Positions 9,463-19,123 of a stretch of DNA of 64,000 bases are shown here, piece after piece (the first letter of the stretch is position 1; each line of letters opens with the position of its first letter). The notes under the pieces were generated by a model. The model was not told where the DNA came from. It ran no database searches and worked only from the letters and a program-made list of their open reading frames with translations. The position numbers and the translations under genes were made by a program. This DNA comes from Neomegalonema perideroedes DSM 15528 (GTDB lineage Bacteria > Pseudomonadota > Alphaproteobacteria > Rhodobacterales > Rhodobacteraceae), in contig NZ_KB893654.1 in the NCBI RefSeq assembly GCF_000374145.1, positions 520,995-584,994 on the forward strand, read 5' to 3'.

Positions 9463-10216
9463 CTGGGAATCCCCGACGAATTGACGGTCGGCGCGCGGCT
9501 TTCCTCAGGATGATCTTCGGTCATGGCGCCCTCTATGCTGTCCCGGCTCGCAACATCGCGTGAGCGTTTCCGGCTGTCAATGGCTGCTGTGTCGTAAAAA
9601 TAACGATGATTGATAAAGAAAACATTGTGCTGTCGAATGGCTTTCATGTGGCGCTTTCGCCGCGCCTGTGAACCGCGGCGTGATTCGTTCTCGGGCGCTT
9701 TTCCCGTCGGCGTCGTTTTGTTGATGAAATATGAAGAAATCCTTCCAATTTTTATGATTTTCGGCTTTTCACGCAATTTTCCTCCGATATTTGAGCGAAG
9801 ACCGAAGCGATTGCTGAGGATTTCCCGCCACATCGGATCAGGGGCCGCCGCGGCGCTTCAACGCAGGATCGCAAGGCGGATTGCGCAAAAGGATAGTCTT
9901 CAGACGGATGGGGCTGCGACGCACGCCTAAGGTTCGGCGTGGTCCGACGATTGCAGAAAAAACGCTTCTCGCCTGCGGCGTGTGCGGCGGCGAAGCCGCG
10001 TCCCGTCAGGGCGGAATCGATTCCGGCGCTCCGCCGCGCCGCAGGCGTCGTCCCAACTTGGGGAAGGCCCCCGCGGAGGCCGGACCCGCGCCGCCGCTCC
10101 GGAGAAGCGCCGGACCCCTCGGCGAAGGCGCGCGCGGGAGGGCGGATGCGGGTTCATCGTTCAGATGCGGGCGACCTCGGCCTTGCTGCGGCGCACGCGC
10201 TCCGGGCCGGAGCGCC

Positions 10217-10804
10217 TCACTTGGGCAGAAGGCGCGCGGTGCGCAGCGGCAGGCTTCCGCGCCCCGAAGCGGTCAGAATCTTGAGGACCGCCGCCCGGGC
10301 TTCGGGCCGGATCATGAGGGCGCGGGCGCGGGCGGCGGCCTCTCCGGCGCGGCCCTGCTCGGCGGAAAGCCGCAGGCGCGCGAGCTCGCCCTCCTCGTCG
10401 GAGAAGGGGGCGAAAGCCGCCTCCGCCTCCTTCCAGCGCCCGAGCGCCAGCAAAAGCCGCGCCCGATTGCGTCGGGCGTCGACGTCTTGCGGATCGGCCT
10501 TCAGATAGGCTTCGAAGCCCGCCAGAGCCTCGGCGGGGCGGCTCGCCTCCATGAGCAGCGCCGCGCGCTCATAGATCGCCTTGAGACGCCCCGGCTCCAG
10601 ACGCAAGGCGCGGTCGAACTCCGCGAGGGCCTCCTTGGGCCGCCCCGCGTATTTCAGCGCCAGAGCCAGATTATAGACCAAAGCGGCGGGCGCTTGCGGC
10701 GCGAGGGCGATCAACCCGCGCAGGGCCTCGACGGCGGCGGGCCAGTCGGCGTGGGAAAGCGCCGCCTGAGCCTGAGCCGCCAGTCGCGCCGGATCGGGCT
10801 TCAT
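10217..10804 (-). CDS. TPR-repeat protein
   Basis: Internal start MKPDPARL at 10804 of ORF 10217..11410. ATGA overlap with the upstream gene's stop. TPR-like AxxAL/YxxA repeats. Confidence 0.6.
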   Translation of the reverse strand: MKPDPARLAAQAQAALSHADWPAAVEALRGLIALAPQAPAALVYNLALALKYAGRPKEALAEFDRALRLEPGRLKAIYERAALLMEASRPAEALAGFEAYLKADPQDVDARRNRARLLLALGRWKEAEAAFAPFSDEEGELARLRLSAEQGRAGEAAARARALMIRPEARAAVLKILTASGRGSLPLRTARLLPK

Positions 10805-11487
10805 TCGCCCTTCCTGAGGCGGCGATAGACTCCCGGCTCCGTCGCGAGGGATTCGCGCAGGGCGGCTTGCTCCTCGGCCTCTGCGGGCGTCAGAGGGCGA
10901 AGCTCGATGTGCAGCGGCTCGCGGGGGATGGGCAGGATCTGCGCCACCGGAGTTCCCTTCGGCAGAGTTCCCCGGAAATCGGGATCCGTCCAGAGCGCCG
11001 GGAAATGGATCAGCCCGAGCCGAAAGAGATCCGCCTCCACGATCCCCGCCAAAGTGCGGAAAGGCAGATCCAGCCGATTGAAGGGATGGACCACCAATAA
11101 CGACCAGCCCGGCGGAGTCTCGATCGCCCAGCGGTTCAGGAATTTGACGATGAATTCGCCTTGAGGGGCGAAAGGCGCGCCCGTCGCCTGCTCCGGGGCG
11201 TGCAGCCCGATGGGCGAGCGCTCCGCCAGAGGCGGGGCCTCCGGGTCTCCCGACCATGAGAAGTCTTCGCCGTCGAAATGCAGATCCTCCGCCAGAGGCA
11301 AAAGCGCCCCCGCCCGCATGGCGTCGAGGAAGGGCGGGCAATGCTTCAGCGTCCGCAGCTCCGCCCCCGCGACCTCGGACCAAGCTTGCGCGGGCATGGC
11401 CTTGAGCCAATCGGGCAGAGCCTCGCGGGCGAGGCGAGGCTCTGCGAGGCCCCGGCTTTCGGCGGAGCGGCGGAAGATCAGCTTCAC
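10801..11487 (-). CDS. hypothetical protein (about 228 aa), last-but-one gene of the pot operon
   Basis: ORF 10801..11625. The likely GTG start at 11487 overlaps the permease stop (GTGA). No recognisable family from sequence alone. Confidence 0.45.
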   Translation of the reverse strand: MKLIFRRSAESRGLAEPRLAREALPDWLKAMPAQAWSEVAGAELRTLKHCPPFLDAMRAGALLPLAEDLHFDGEDFSWSGDPEAPPLAERSPIGLHAPEQATGAPFAPQGEFIVKFLNRWAIETPPGWSLLVVHPFNRLDLPFRTLAGIVEADLFRLGLIHFPALWTDPDFRGTLPKGTPVAQILPIPREPLHIELRPLTPAEAEEQAALRESLATEPGVYRRLRKGE

Positions 11488-12326
11488 GCGGTCTTCTTTC
11501 TCAGGCTGAAGGCCCAGAGCGCCGCGAAGACCACCGTCAGCAGAATGAAGATCACGCCGATGGCGTTGATCGTCGGCGAGACGCCGAAGCGCATCCGCGC
11601 GCCGATCTCGGTGACCAGCGTCCATGAGGAGCCGATGGCGAAGAAGGTCGTGTTGTAATTCTCATTGGATTGCAGAAAGGCGATGGCCGAAGCCGCCACG
11701 ATGGTCGGCGCGAGATAGGGCAGAGTCACCCGCCGGAAGGCGAAGAATCCCGAGGCCCCGAGATCCAGCGCGGCTTCTTCTAAGGATCGGTCCTGACGCT
11801 GAAGCCGCGCCATGAACATCAGCATGCAATAGGAGGCGATGAAGCAGCTTTGCGCCAGCATGGCGGTGAAGAGTCCGGCCTGAACGCCGAAGGCGTCGCG
11901 CCAGAAGATCATCGTCGAGACGCCGAGCACGATTCCGGGCGTCAGCAGCGGCGAAACCAACGCCGTATAGAGCGGCCCCGTCGCCCTGCCTCCAAGCCGC
12001 GTGAGCAGCAAAGCCCCCGCCAGCCCGAGCGGCACCGAAATCGCGATGACGCCCAAGGCGATCAAAATCGAATGCTTCAGCCCCTGAAGGAATCGCGTCT
12101 CCTGAGGCAGGCCGCGCACCAGAACCCGTCCGGCTTCATCCGTGCGTCCGGTGAACCAATCGGTGGTGAAGCCGCGCCAGTCCAGAGCCGAGGGCGTGGG
12201 GTTGGCGTTGAAGGCCGCCCCCGCCATGAGCAGGATCGGCAGGAACATGAAGCCGAGGAACAAGGCCACATAGGCTTTGAGGATCACGCCCGACCAATCC
12301 GCCGGGGCCTTCGTCTGGGCGCTCAT
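11484..12326 (-). CDS. ABC transporter permease (PotC/PotI-like, polyamine-type)
   Basis: Internal start MSAQTKAP at 12326 of ORF 11484..13013. ATGA overlap with the upstream permease. About 6 TM with an EAAxDLGAS-type ABC permease signature (EAALDLGAS). Confidence 0.8.
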   Translation of the reverse strand: MSAQTKAPADWSGVILKAYVALFLGFMFLPILLMAGAAFNANPTPSALDWRGFTTDWFTGRTDEAGRVLVRGLPQETRFLQGLKHSILIALGVIAISVPLGLAGALLLTRLGGRATGPLYTALVSPLLTPGIVLGVSTMIFWRDAFGVQAGLFTAMLAQSCFIASYCMLMFMARLQRQDRSLEEAALDLGASGFFAFRRVTLPYLAPTIVAASAIAFLQSNENYNTTFFAIGSSWTLVTEIGARMRFGVSPTINAIGVIFILLTVVFAALWAFSLRKKTA

Positions 12327-13522
12327 CTGGCGATCTCCCGGATTCCGACGCGGAAGATCCGCATCACGAGGAAGATGAAGATCGTGCAGGAGACCAGCAG
12401 CAAGAGCGCCTGAGCCGAGCCGACGTTCCAATTGTTCGACTCGAAGAAATTGCGGTTGACGATCTGGCTGAACCAATCGGGATGCAGCCCCGGACCCACC
12501 AATTGCGGCACCGAAAGCGAGCCGACGGCCAGCATGAAGGTCATGATCGCGCCCACCGCCACGCCGGGCCGCGCATGCGGCAGAGCCACGCGCCAGTGAA
12601 TCCGCCATGAGCTCGCGCCGAGGTCTTTGGCCGCCTCGATCTGGTTGCGGTCGAGGGTCTCCAGCGAGCCGTAGATGGGGAAGACCATGAAGAGCATATA
12701 GGTGTAGACCATCACCAGAAACACCGAGCCATTGGAGGCCAGCCAGCGGACGGCGCCGCCTTGAGACAGGTCGATGATCCCGAGCGCGTCCAGCGTCTGG
12801 TTCAACAGGCCCTGATTGGCGAGTATCATCGTCCAGGCGAAGATCCGCAAAAGCTCGTTCAGGGCGTAAGGAATGGTCAGCGCCAGCAGCAGAAGCGCCG
12901 TGCGGCGGGGAGTCTTCGCCTGAGCGGCGGCGTAGGCGATGGGATAGCAGACGAGGAAGCTCAGCACCGTGACGCAGAGCGCATAGACCAGCGTCAGGCC
13001 GAAGATCCGCCAATGCAGCGGACTCATCAGCGTGAAATTGCGCAAAGACCAGCCCTGCGCCGCGACCTCTTCGGCGCGCAGACGCTGCGCCTCGGCGCGG
13101 GCGCCGGCGATGCTCGCCGTGAGGCCCTCGCGTTCGGTCTTCAGGCGCTCAAGCCGCGCCTCGGGGGCTTCGGCGGCGGCTCCGCCCGGCGAAGGCGCGA
13201 AGCCGGGGCGGGGGGCTCCGGGACTCGGGAGGCCCGCGAAGGGATTGGAGGGGCTCGGCGCCGCAGGCGCCGCCCCCGCTCCGCCCGCCGCGACTTCGCG
13301 CTCAAGAGCCCGAATGTCGAACTCCATGGTCGCGACGCGCTGCTGAAGCCGATTGGCCTCCAGCACGGCCTGAGCCGCCGCGCCGTCGCGGGCTTCGTAA
13401 TGAAAGGCGCGCTGGATCATGCTGATCTGCGGCATGAGGATCAGCGCGCAGAACCAGAAGGCGACCAGCGCCAGAATCAGCCCGGTGAGGAAGCGTCCGT
13501 AAAAGCGGATCATCTCACCCAT
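12323..13522 (-). CDS. ABC transporter permease (PotB/PotH-like) with a ~150-aa N-terminal coiled-coil/low-complexity insertion
   Basis: ORF 12323..13609, start at 13522 or 13513. DLGASSW permease signature. Insert AGGAGAAPAAPSPS...RLERLKTEREGL... lies between TM1 and the core. Confidence 0.75.
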   Translation of the reverse strand: MGEMIRFYGRFLTGLILALVAFWFCALILMPQISMIQRAFHYEARDGAAAQAVLEANRLQQRVATMEFDIRALEREVAAGGAGAAPAAPSPSNPFAGLPSPGAPRPGFAPSPGGAAAEAPEARLERLKTEREGLTASIAGARAEAQRLRAEEVAAQGWSLRNFTLMSPLHWRIFGLTLVYALCVTVLSFLVCYPIAYAAAQAKTPRRTALLLLALTIPYALNELLRIFAWTMILANQGLLNQTLDALGIIDLSQGGAVRWLASNGSVFLVMVYTYMLFMVFPIYGSLETLDRNQIEAAKDLGASSWRIHWRVALPHARPGVAVGAIMTFMLAVGSLSVPQLVGPGLHPDWFSQIVNRNFFESNNWNVGSAQALLLLVSCTIFIFLVMRIFRVGIREIAR

Positions 13523-14591
13523 GGGCCAGAGCCCCCGCCCGCAGCACGCGCGCGTCGCGGCTGGAGAAGCCCAGCTCCATTTCGCCCTCGGGCGGCGTCG
13601 CGCCTTCATTGGGCAGCTGGAGCAAAATCCGCTGATCTCCGGCGCGCAGGAAGAGGTTGAAGAAAGGCCCCTCCAGATCGGCCCGCTCGACTTGAGCCTT
13701 CAGCCGTAGATCATGCTCGGGGCGGGCGGGCGCGAGGCGCTCGGGGCGGATGAAGAGCATGGCCTCCTCGCCCAAGGCCAGAGAATCGGCGTTCTCGCCG
13801 CGCAGGAGCCCGAAGGGCGTCGAGATTTCGGCGAGGCCGCCTTCCGCGCGGGTCGTCTTCCCGCGAAAGAGGTTGTTCTCGCCGACGAAGGTGGCCGCGA
13901 AGCTGGTGGCGGGGCGATTGTAAATCTCCTCCGTCGGGCCGACCTGCTCGACGCGCCCCGCCCGCATCACCGCCACGCGGTCCGACATGGCGAGGGCCTC
14001 GCCCTGATCATGGGTGATGTAGATGAAGGTGACGCCCGTGCGCCGCTGGATGGTCTTCAGCTCGGCGCGCATATGCTGGCGGAGCTTCAGATCCAGAGCC
14101 GAAAGCGGCTCGTCGAGCAGCAGCACGGCGGGCTCCACCGCCAGAGCCCGCGCCACCGCCACGCGCTGACGCTGGCCGCCGGAGAGCTGGGCCGGGCGCT
14201 TCTCCTCCTGACCGCCGAGGGCGACCAGATCGAGCAATTCCTCGGCGCGTTTGCGGCGCTGAGCCTTCGGAACGCCCTGAGCCTCCAGCCCGAAGGCGAC
14301 GTTCTCCCAGATGGTCATCAGCGGAAAGAGCGCGAGGGTCTGGAAGATCAGCGCCGTGGGGCGCTTATTGGGGGGGAGGGCGGTCATGTCCTGTCCGCCG
14401 ATCAGCACGCGGCCCTCGCTGGGCCTCTGAAACCCCGAGACCATGCGCAGGATGGTCGTCTTGCCGCAGCCCGAAGGCCCGAGGATCGAGAAGAATTCGC
14501 CCGCCTTGATCGTCAGATCCGTGGGCTCGACGGCGGTGAACTCGCCGAACCTCATGCCGAGCCTTTCGAGCGCGACTTCCTGCCCCTGCAT
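13515..14591 (-). CDS. ABC transporter ATP-binding protein (PotA/PotG-like, spermidine/putrescine-type)
   Basis: ORF 13515..14612. First ATG at 14591. Walker A GPSGCGKTT, LSGGQRQR signature, Walker B LLLDEPLSALD. Confidence 0.9.
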   Translation of the reverse strand: MQGQEVALERLGMRFGEFTAVEPTDLTIKAGEFFSILGPSGCGKTTILRMVSGFQRPSEGRVLIGGQDMTALPPNKRPTALIFQTLALFPLMTIWENVAFGLEAQGVPKAQRRKRAEELLDLVALGGQEEKRPAQLSGGQRQRVAVARALAVEPAVLLLDEPLSALDLKLRQHMRAELKTIQRRTGVTFIYITHDQGEALAMSDRVAVMRAGRVEQVGPTEEIYNRPATSFAATFVGENNLFRGKTTRAEGGLAEISTPFGLLRGENADSLALGEEAMLFIRPERLAPARPEHDLRLKAQVERADLEGPFFNLFLRAGDQRILLQLPNEGATPPEGEMELGFSSRDARVLRAGALAHG

Positions 14592-14718
14592 GGATCCCCC
14601 TGCGGATTTCAAATCGGAAGAGCGCGGGCGGAAGCTCCTCCGCCCGCGCGGATCGCGCCTGAGCGCGTCGCCCGCGCGACGCGCTCACGTCTTCGCTGAA
14701 CGCTCGCCTTTCGTGATC

Positions 14719-14764
14719 GCGTTTTCACGACGCGCAGCCGTTCCGGCTTCGCTGGACGACGCTC
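14719..14764. repeat. REP-like imperfect palindromic element (copy a)
   Basis: gcgttttcacgacgcgcagc...gcttcgctggacgacgctc. Same family as the copies at 30547, 31361, 32681, 54917 and 57888. Lies in the potD-potA intergenic spacer. Confidence 0.6.
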
Positions 14765-15884
14765 AGGCGTTGGTGATCTTGTCGACGTATTCCTGAGTCA
14801 GCGGGGTGATCCACGGCGTGTCGGCCTGCCACCACCAGAGATTCGCCAGAGCCTCCGGCGTGTAGATCTCGGCGAAGGTCTTGGCGTAATCCTCGCCCGC
14901 ATGGGCGGCGGCCTCCACGGCGGCGGAGTTATAGCCGGTGTTGGCCACATGAAGCCCCGCCATCTCGCCCTCGTAGCAGGCGTTGATGAAGGCGTAGGCC
15001 TGATCCAGATTCTCGGCGCCGACGGGGATCGCCACGGAATCGAGCCAGGTCAGGCCGCCTTCTTTGGGCATGCGGTATTTCCACTTGGCGTCTTGGCGCG
15101 CGAGCAGGATGCCGGTGGTGTCCCAGGTCTGGCCGATGGAGCAGCCCTGCTGAGAAAAGGCGTTGCCGGCCTCGGTGGCGTTGTTCCAGAAGGCGCCGAT
15201 GTCGCCTTTGTTCTTGATGATGAACTCGGCGACCTTATCCCAGACGCGGCGGGCCTCGGCCTCGCTGGCGTAGATGTCGAGCATGCGGTTCGAGGGAACT
15301 TCGCCCGTGGCGTCGAGATAAAGCCCCACGCCCATGATGCCCGAACGCTGACGCAGCGCGGCGCTCTTCGCCTTGCCCGACCAGAGCGAGCCGTAAGAGA
15401 CGTCGGCGTCCGCGAGGTCATGGACGGAGCTGTCGAAGGTGACCGCCTCGGTGCCCCAGTTGAAGGGCAGAGCCACGCGCTTTCCGTCCTGCACCGCGCC
15501 GAGCGCGATGGAGTCGCGGACCATCGAGGGGATGATCTTCTCCATGTCGATCTTCGATTCGTCGATCTCCTGCAGCAGGAACTGATCGCCGTCGCGATAG
15601 CCCACCACGTTGGTGACGCTCGGGAAGATCACGTCGAAGCCCTTGCCGCCCGCGGCCTTGAGCTTCTGCTGCGCCTCGTCGTTGGAGCCGTAGGTCGAGA
15701 GGTTGACCTTGATCCCGGTCTTCTCCTCGAACCAGGCGATCTGGTTGTCCTGGATGTAATCGCCCCAGGCGAAGACGTTCACCGAGCCGGAGGAGGCCAG
15801 CGCGTCGCGCGCGCGCAGGACCGCAGGAGCGGCGAGGGCGGCGGCCGCGCCCTTCAGGACGAAACGGCGGTTGAATCTCGACAT
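14763..15884 (-). CDS. ABC transporter periplasmic substrate-binding protein (PotD/PotF-like)
   Basis: ORF 14763..15968. ATG at 15884 gives MSRFNRRFVLKGAAAALAAPAVL, a Tat/Sec-type signal. Spermidine/putrescine-binding protein family sequence. Confidence 0.85.
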   Translation of the reverse strand: MSRFNRRFVLKGAAAALAAPAVLRARDALASSGSVNVFAWGDYIQDNQIAWFEEKTGIKVNLSTYGSNDEAQQKLKAAGGKGFDVIFPSVTNVVGYRDGDQFLLQEIDESKIDMEKIIPSMVRDSIALGAVQDGKRVALPFNWGTEAVTFDSSVHDLADADVSYGSLWSGKAKSAALRQRSGIMGVGLYLDATGEVPSNRMLDIYASEAEARRVWDKVAEFIIKNKGDIGAFWNNATEAGNAFSQQGCSIGQTWDTTGILLARQDAKWKYRMPKEGGLTWLDSVAIPVGAENLDQAYAFINACYEGEMAGLHVANTGYNSAAVEAAAHAGEDYAKTFAEIYTPEALANLWWWQADTPWITPLTQEYVDKITNA

Positions 15885-16085
15885 GGGGCGTTCCCTTTTC
15901 TCTCCGGAGCCGCCTTTCCATAGCGGCTGGTCGCGCCATTGAAACCACCGCCTGCATGACCTGTCCATGACGTTTTCGCAAAAGAAAAGTCACAAGAGGC
16001 GCCTCCGAGGGGCTGCGGCCAGAGGCGCCCTGTCGCGCAGAGGGGAAAAGCTTTAGATTTCCTGCGTAAGAGGGCGGAAGGCGCG

Positions 16086-16670
16086 ATGACGAAGGAGAAC
16101 CGCGTGCGGTCGGCGAAAGACGCGAAGATTTGGACGGCCTGTCTCCGGAGGGGCCTTCTGCTGGCGGCGGGGCTCGGCGCGGGCTGGAGCGCGATTCCGT
16201 CGGCGCCGGCCTCGGCGCAGGTCTGGCTGCGCGAGGGCGAGCGGATTCAGGTGACTCCGGCGCCCGATCCCTCCAACCCTTTCGCGCCCCCTGAGGAGCC
16301 GCCGCCCGCGCCCGAGCTTCTGGAGGCGCCCGCGCCCGCCGCCCGCATGCGGGCGGGGGCAGAGGCCCATCTGCGCTTTCTCGACCGCCGGACCTCCACA
16401 AGGGGGGCTCTGGTCTCGCCGGTGGGCTCCACGGCGCGTTACGGCGGGCTGATCGTCGAGGTTCTGGCCTGCCATCGCGAGATCGACGGCGACGAATCCG
16501 CCGCCTTCCTGCGCATCCGCGAGGAGACCGGAGACGCCGCCGCAGCCCCGATCTTCTCCGGCTGGATCTTCGCCTTAAGCCCCTCGCTCTCGGCGCTGGA
16601 CCACCCGCGTTACGACGTCTGGGTGGCCGAATGCAGAACCGCCGAAGGATCGGAATCCGCCGCGAATTGA
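16086..16670 (+). CDS. DUF2155 domain-containing secreted protein
   Basis: ORF 16086..16670. Signal peptide. The conserved ...FLRI...IFSGWIFA...ALDHPRYDVWV..C pattern recalls DUF2155. Confidence 0.55.
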   Translation: MTKENRVRSAKDAKIWTACLRRGLLLAAGLGAGWSAIPSAPASAQVWLREGERIQVTPAPDPSNPFAPPEEPPPAPELLEAPAPAARMRAGAEAHLRFLDRRTSTRGALVSPVGSTARYGGLIVEVLACHREIDGDESAAFLRIREETGDAAAAPIFSGWIFALSPSLSALDHPRYDVWVAECRTAEGSESAAN

Positions 16671-17263
16671 CGGAACTCGCCTTTGCGCCGCAAAGCCGCC
16701 GCCAGCCGTCGCTGATATTCGGCGCGGGGGATCTCCGCGGCGCCGAAGCGGGCGAGGTGATCCGTCACGAATTGCGTGTCGAGCAGGTGGAAGCCGCCCG
16801 CCCTCAGCCGCGCGACGAGATGGACGAGGGCGATTTTGCTGGCGTCGGTTTCGCGGCTGAACATGCTCTCGCCGAAAAAGGCCGCGCCCAGAGACACGCC
16901 GTAAAGCCCGCCGGTCAGGCGCCCCTCGCGCCAGATTTCGAGGCTATGGGCGCCGCCCTCGCGATGGAGCGCGACATAGGCCTCGATGATCGGCCCGGTG
17001 ATCCAGGTGTCGGGCCGGGCGCAGGCCTCCATGACGGCGCGGAAGTCATGGTCGAGCCGGACCTCGTAGCCCCCTTGCTTGAGGGTCTTGGCCAGCCGGG
17101 CCGGGATATGGAAGGACTCCAGCGGCAGGATCCCGCGCGCCGGAGGGTCGAACCAGAGGACTTCCTCGCGGCGGGTCGAATCGCCCATGGGAAAGACGCC
17201 CGCCGCATAGGCTCGCCGCAAAAGCTCCGGCGTGATCCTCAACGGCGCGGCGCTCATGCTCAT
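16610..17263 (-). CDS. aat: leucyl/phenylalanyl-tRNA--protein transferase
   Basis: ORF 16610..17263. The sequence family is GVFPM...WFDP..RG...H....L.K... Confidence 0.85.
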   Translation of the reverse strand: MSMSAAPLRITPELLRRAYAAGVFPMGDSTRREEVLWFDPPARGILPLESFHIPARLAKTLKQGGYEVRLDHDFRAVMEACARPDTWITGPIIEAYVALHREGGAHSLEIWREGRLTGGLYGVSLGAAFFGESMFSRETDASKIALVHLVARLRAGGFHLLDTQFVTDHLARFGAAEIPRAEYQRRLAAALRRKGEFRQFAADSDPSAVLHSATQTS

Positions 17264-18606
17264 TCCGTCTGAGAGGCCAGCCAGCGCTCAAGCCAGTGGA
17301 TGTCGTAATCTCCGGCCTGAATATCGGGATTCTCGATCAGCTCCTCGAAGAGCGGCAGAGTGGTGTTCACCCCGTCCACCACGATCTCGCTCAGCGCCCG
17401 CCGCAGCCGCATGAGGCATTCGGCGCGGCTGTCGGCGTGGATGATCAGCTTGCCGATCAGGCTGTCGTAATAGGGCGGGATCCGATAGCCCTCGTAGATC
17501 GCCGAATCCAGACGCACCCCAAGCCCGCCGGGCGCGTGGAAATATTTGATCAGGCCGGGATTGGGGACGAAGGTCTTCGGATTCTCGGCGTTGATGCGGC
17601 ATTCGATGGCGTGGCCGCGCGGCTTGAGATCCTTCTGACGGAAGGAGAGCTTTTCGCCCGCCGCCACCCGGATCTGCTCGCGCACGAGATCCACGTCGTA
17701 GATGGCTTCGGTCACCGGATGCTCCACCTGAATGCGGGTGTTCATCTCGATGAAGTAGAAGCGTCCGTCCTCATAAAGGAATTCGATGGTGCCCGCGCCC
17801 AGATAGCCCAGCTGGCGGATGGCCGAGGCCACCGTCTCGCCGATCTCCTCGCGCTGGGCGGGAGTCAGGGCGGGGGAGGGGGATTCCTCCATCACCTTTT
17901 GATGCCGCCGCTGAAGCGAGCAGTCGCGCTCGCCGAGATGCACCACGTTGCCGTGGGAATCGGCGAAGAGCTGAACCTCGATATGGCGCGGCTTCTGGAG
18001 GTATTTCTCCAGATAAACCGCGTCGTCGCCGAAGGCGGCCTTGGCCTCCGCTCGGGCCGTGGCGAGGGCGCGCGGCAGCTCTTCAGCCGAGCGCGCGACC
18101 TTCATGCCGCGTCCGCCGCCGCCCGCCGCCGCCTTGACCAGCACCGGATACCCCATCTCGGCGGCGACGGCCAAAGCCTCGGCGTCGCTGTCGATTCCGC
18201 CCTCCGAGCCCGGCACCACCGGCACGCCGAGCCGGCGCATGGTCTCTTTGGCGGCGATCTTGTCGCCCATGAGGCGGATATGCTCGGCTTTGGGGCCGAT
18301 GAAGGTCAGGCCGTGCTCTTCGAGGATCTGGGCGAATTCGGCCTTCTCGGAGAGGAAGCCGTAGCCCGGATGCACCGCCTGAGCGCCGGTCAGCTCGCAG
18401 GCGGTGATCAGCGCGGGGATGTTCAGATAGCTCTGCGTCGCCGAGGGCGGCCCGATGCAGATGGATTCGTCGGCGAAGCGCACATGCATGGCCTCGGCGT
18501 CGGCGGTGGAGTGGGCCGCGACCGTGCGCACGCCCATGTCCTTGCAGGCGCGCAGGATGCGCAGGGCGATTTCACCGCGATTGGCGATCAGGATCTTGTC
18601 GAACAT
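17260..18606 (-). CDS. accC: acetyl-CoA carboxylase biotin carboxylase subunit
   Basis: ORF 17260..18606. MFDKILIANRGEIALRILRAC... ATP-grasp biotin carboxylase. ATGA overlap with aat. Confidence 0.95.
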   Translation of the reverse strand: MFDKILIANRGEIALRILRACKDMGVRTVAAHSTADAEAMHVRFADESICIGPPSATQSYLNIPALITACELTGAQAVHPGYGFLSEKAEFAQILEEHGLTFIGPKAEHIRLMGDKIAAKETMRRLGVPVVPGSEGGIDSDAEALAVAAEMGYPVLVKAAAGGGGRGMKVARSAEELPRALATARAEAKAAFGDDAVYLEKYLQKPRHIEVQLFADSHGNVVHLGERDCSLQRRHQKVMEESPSPALTPAQREEIGETVASAIRQLGYLGAGTIEFLYEDGRFYFIEMNTRIQVEHPVTEAIYDVDLVREQIRVAAGEKLSFRQKDLKPRGHAIECRINAENPKTFVPNPGLIKYFHAPGGLGVRLDSAIYEGYRIPPYYDSLIGKLIIHADSRAECLMRLRRALSEIVVDGVNTTLPLFEELIENPDIQAGDYDIHWLERWLASQTE

Positions 18607-18613
18607 CCCGACC

Positions 18614-19123
18614 TCACTCCACGATCATGAGCGGCGCGCCGTATTCGACGGGCGCTCCGTCGGCCACAAGGATGCGCCTGACCACGCCCGCGCGCGGCGC
18701 GGGGATGGCGTTCATGGTCTTCATCGCCTCGATGATGATCAGGGTCTGGCCCGCCGAGACCGTCGCGCCTTCCTTGACGAAGGGCTCGGCGCCGGGCTCG
18801 GCGGCGAGATAGGCCGTGCCGACCATGGGCGAAGGCACGCAATTGGGGTCTTTGGCGGGGTCGTTCTGGGCGGCGGGCGCCGGGGCCGCAGGCGCGGGCG
18901 CGGCGGCGGGGGCCGCGGCCGCCGGAGCGGCGGCGAGGCCGGGGGCTCCGGCGTAGATGATCTGCGGCGGCGCGCTGGAGCTCTGGCGCGAGAGGCGCAC
19001 TTCAAGCTCGTCGTCCTCGCCATATTCGCGCTTCACCGAAATCTCGGCGAGATCGGTCGTCTGGAGAAGCTCCGCGAGGGCGCGGATGAAGGCGACGTCG
19101 GATTCCGTCTTGTCTTTGCTCAT
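18614..19123 (-). CDS. accB: acetyl-CoA carboxylase biotin carboxyl carrier protein
   Basis: Internal start MSKDKTESD at 19123 of ORF 18614..19402. EAMKTMN biotinylation motif. Ala/Pro linker. Confidence 0.9.
   Translation of the reverse strand: MSKDKTESDVAFIRALAELLQTTDLAEISVKREYGEDDELEVRLSRQSSSAPPQIIYAGAPGLAAAPAAAAPAAAPAPAAPAPAAQNDPAKDPNCVPSPMVGTAYLAAEPGAEPFVKEGATVSAGQTLIIIEAMKTMNAIPAPRAGVVRRILVADGAPVEYGAPLMIVE

Noticed and set aside
9881-10828. 315-aa plus-strand ORF
   Set aside because: It is antisense to the TPR gene of the pot operon and runs into the non-coding gap. It is Arg/Gly/Pro-rich with no RBS.
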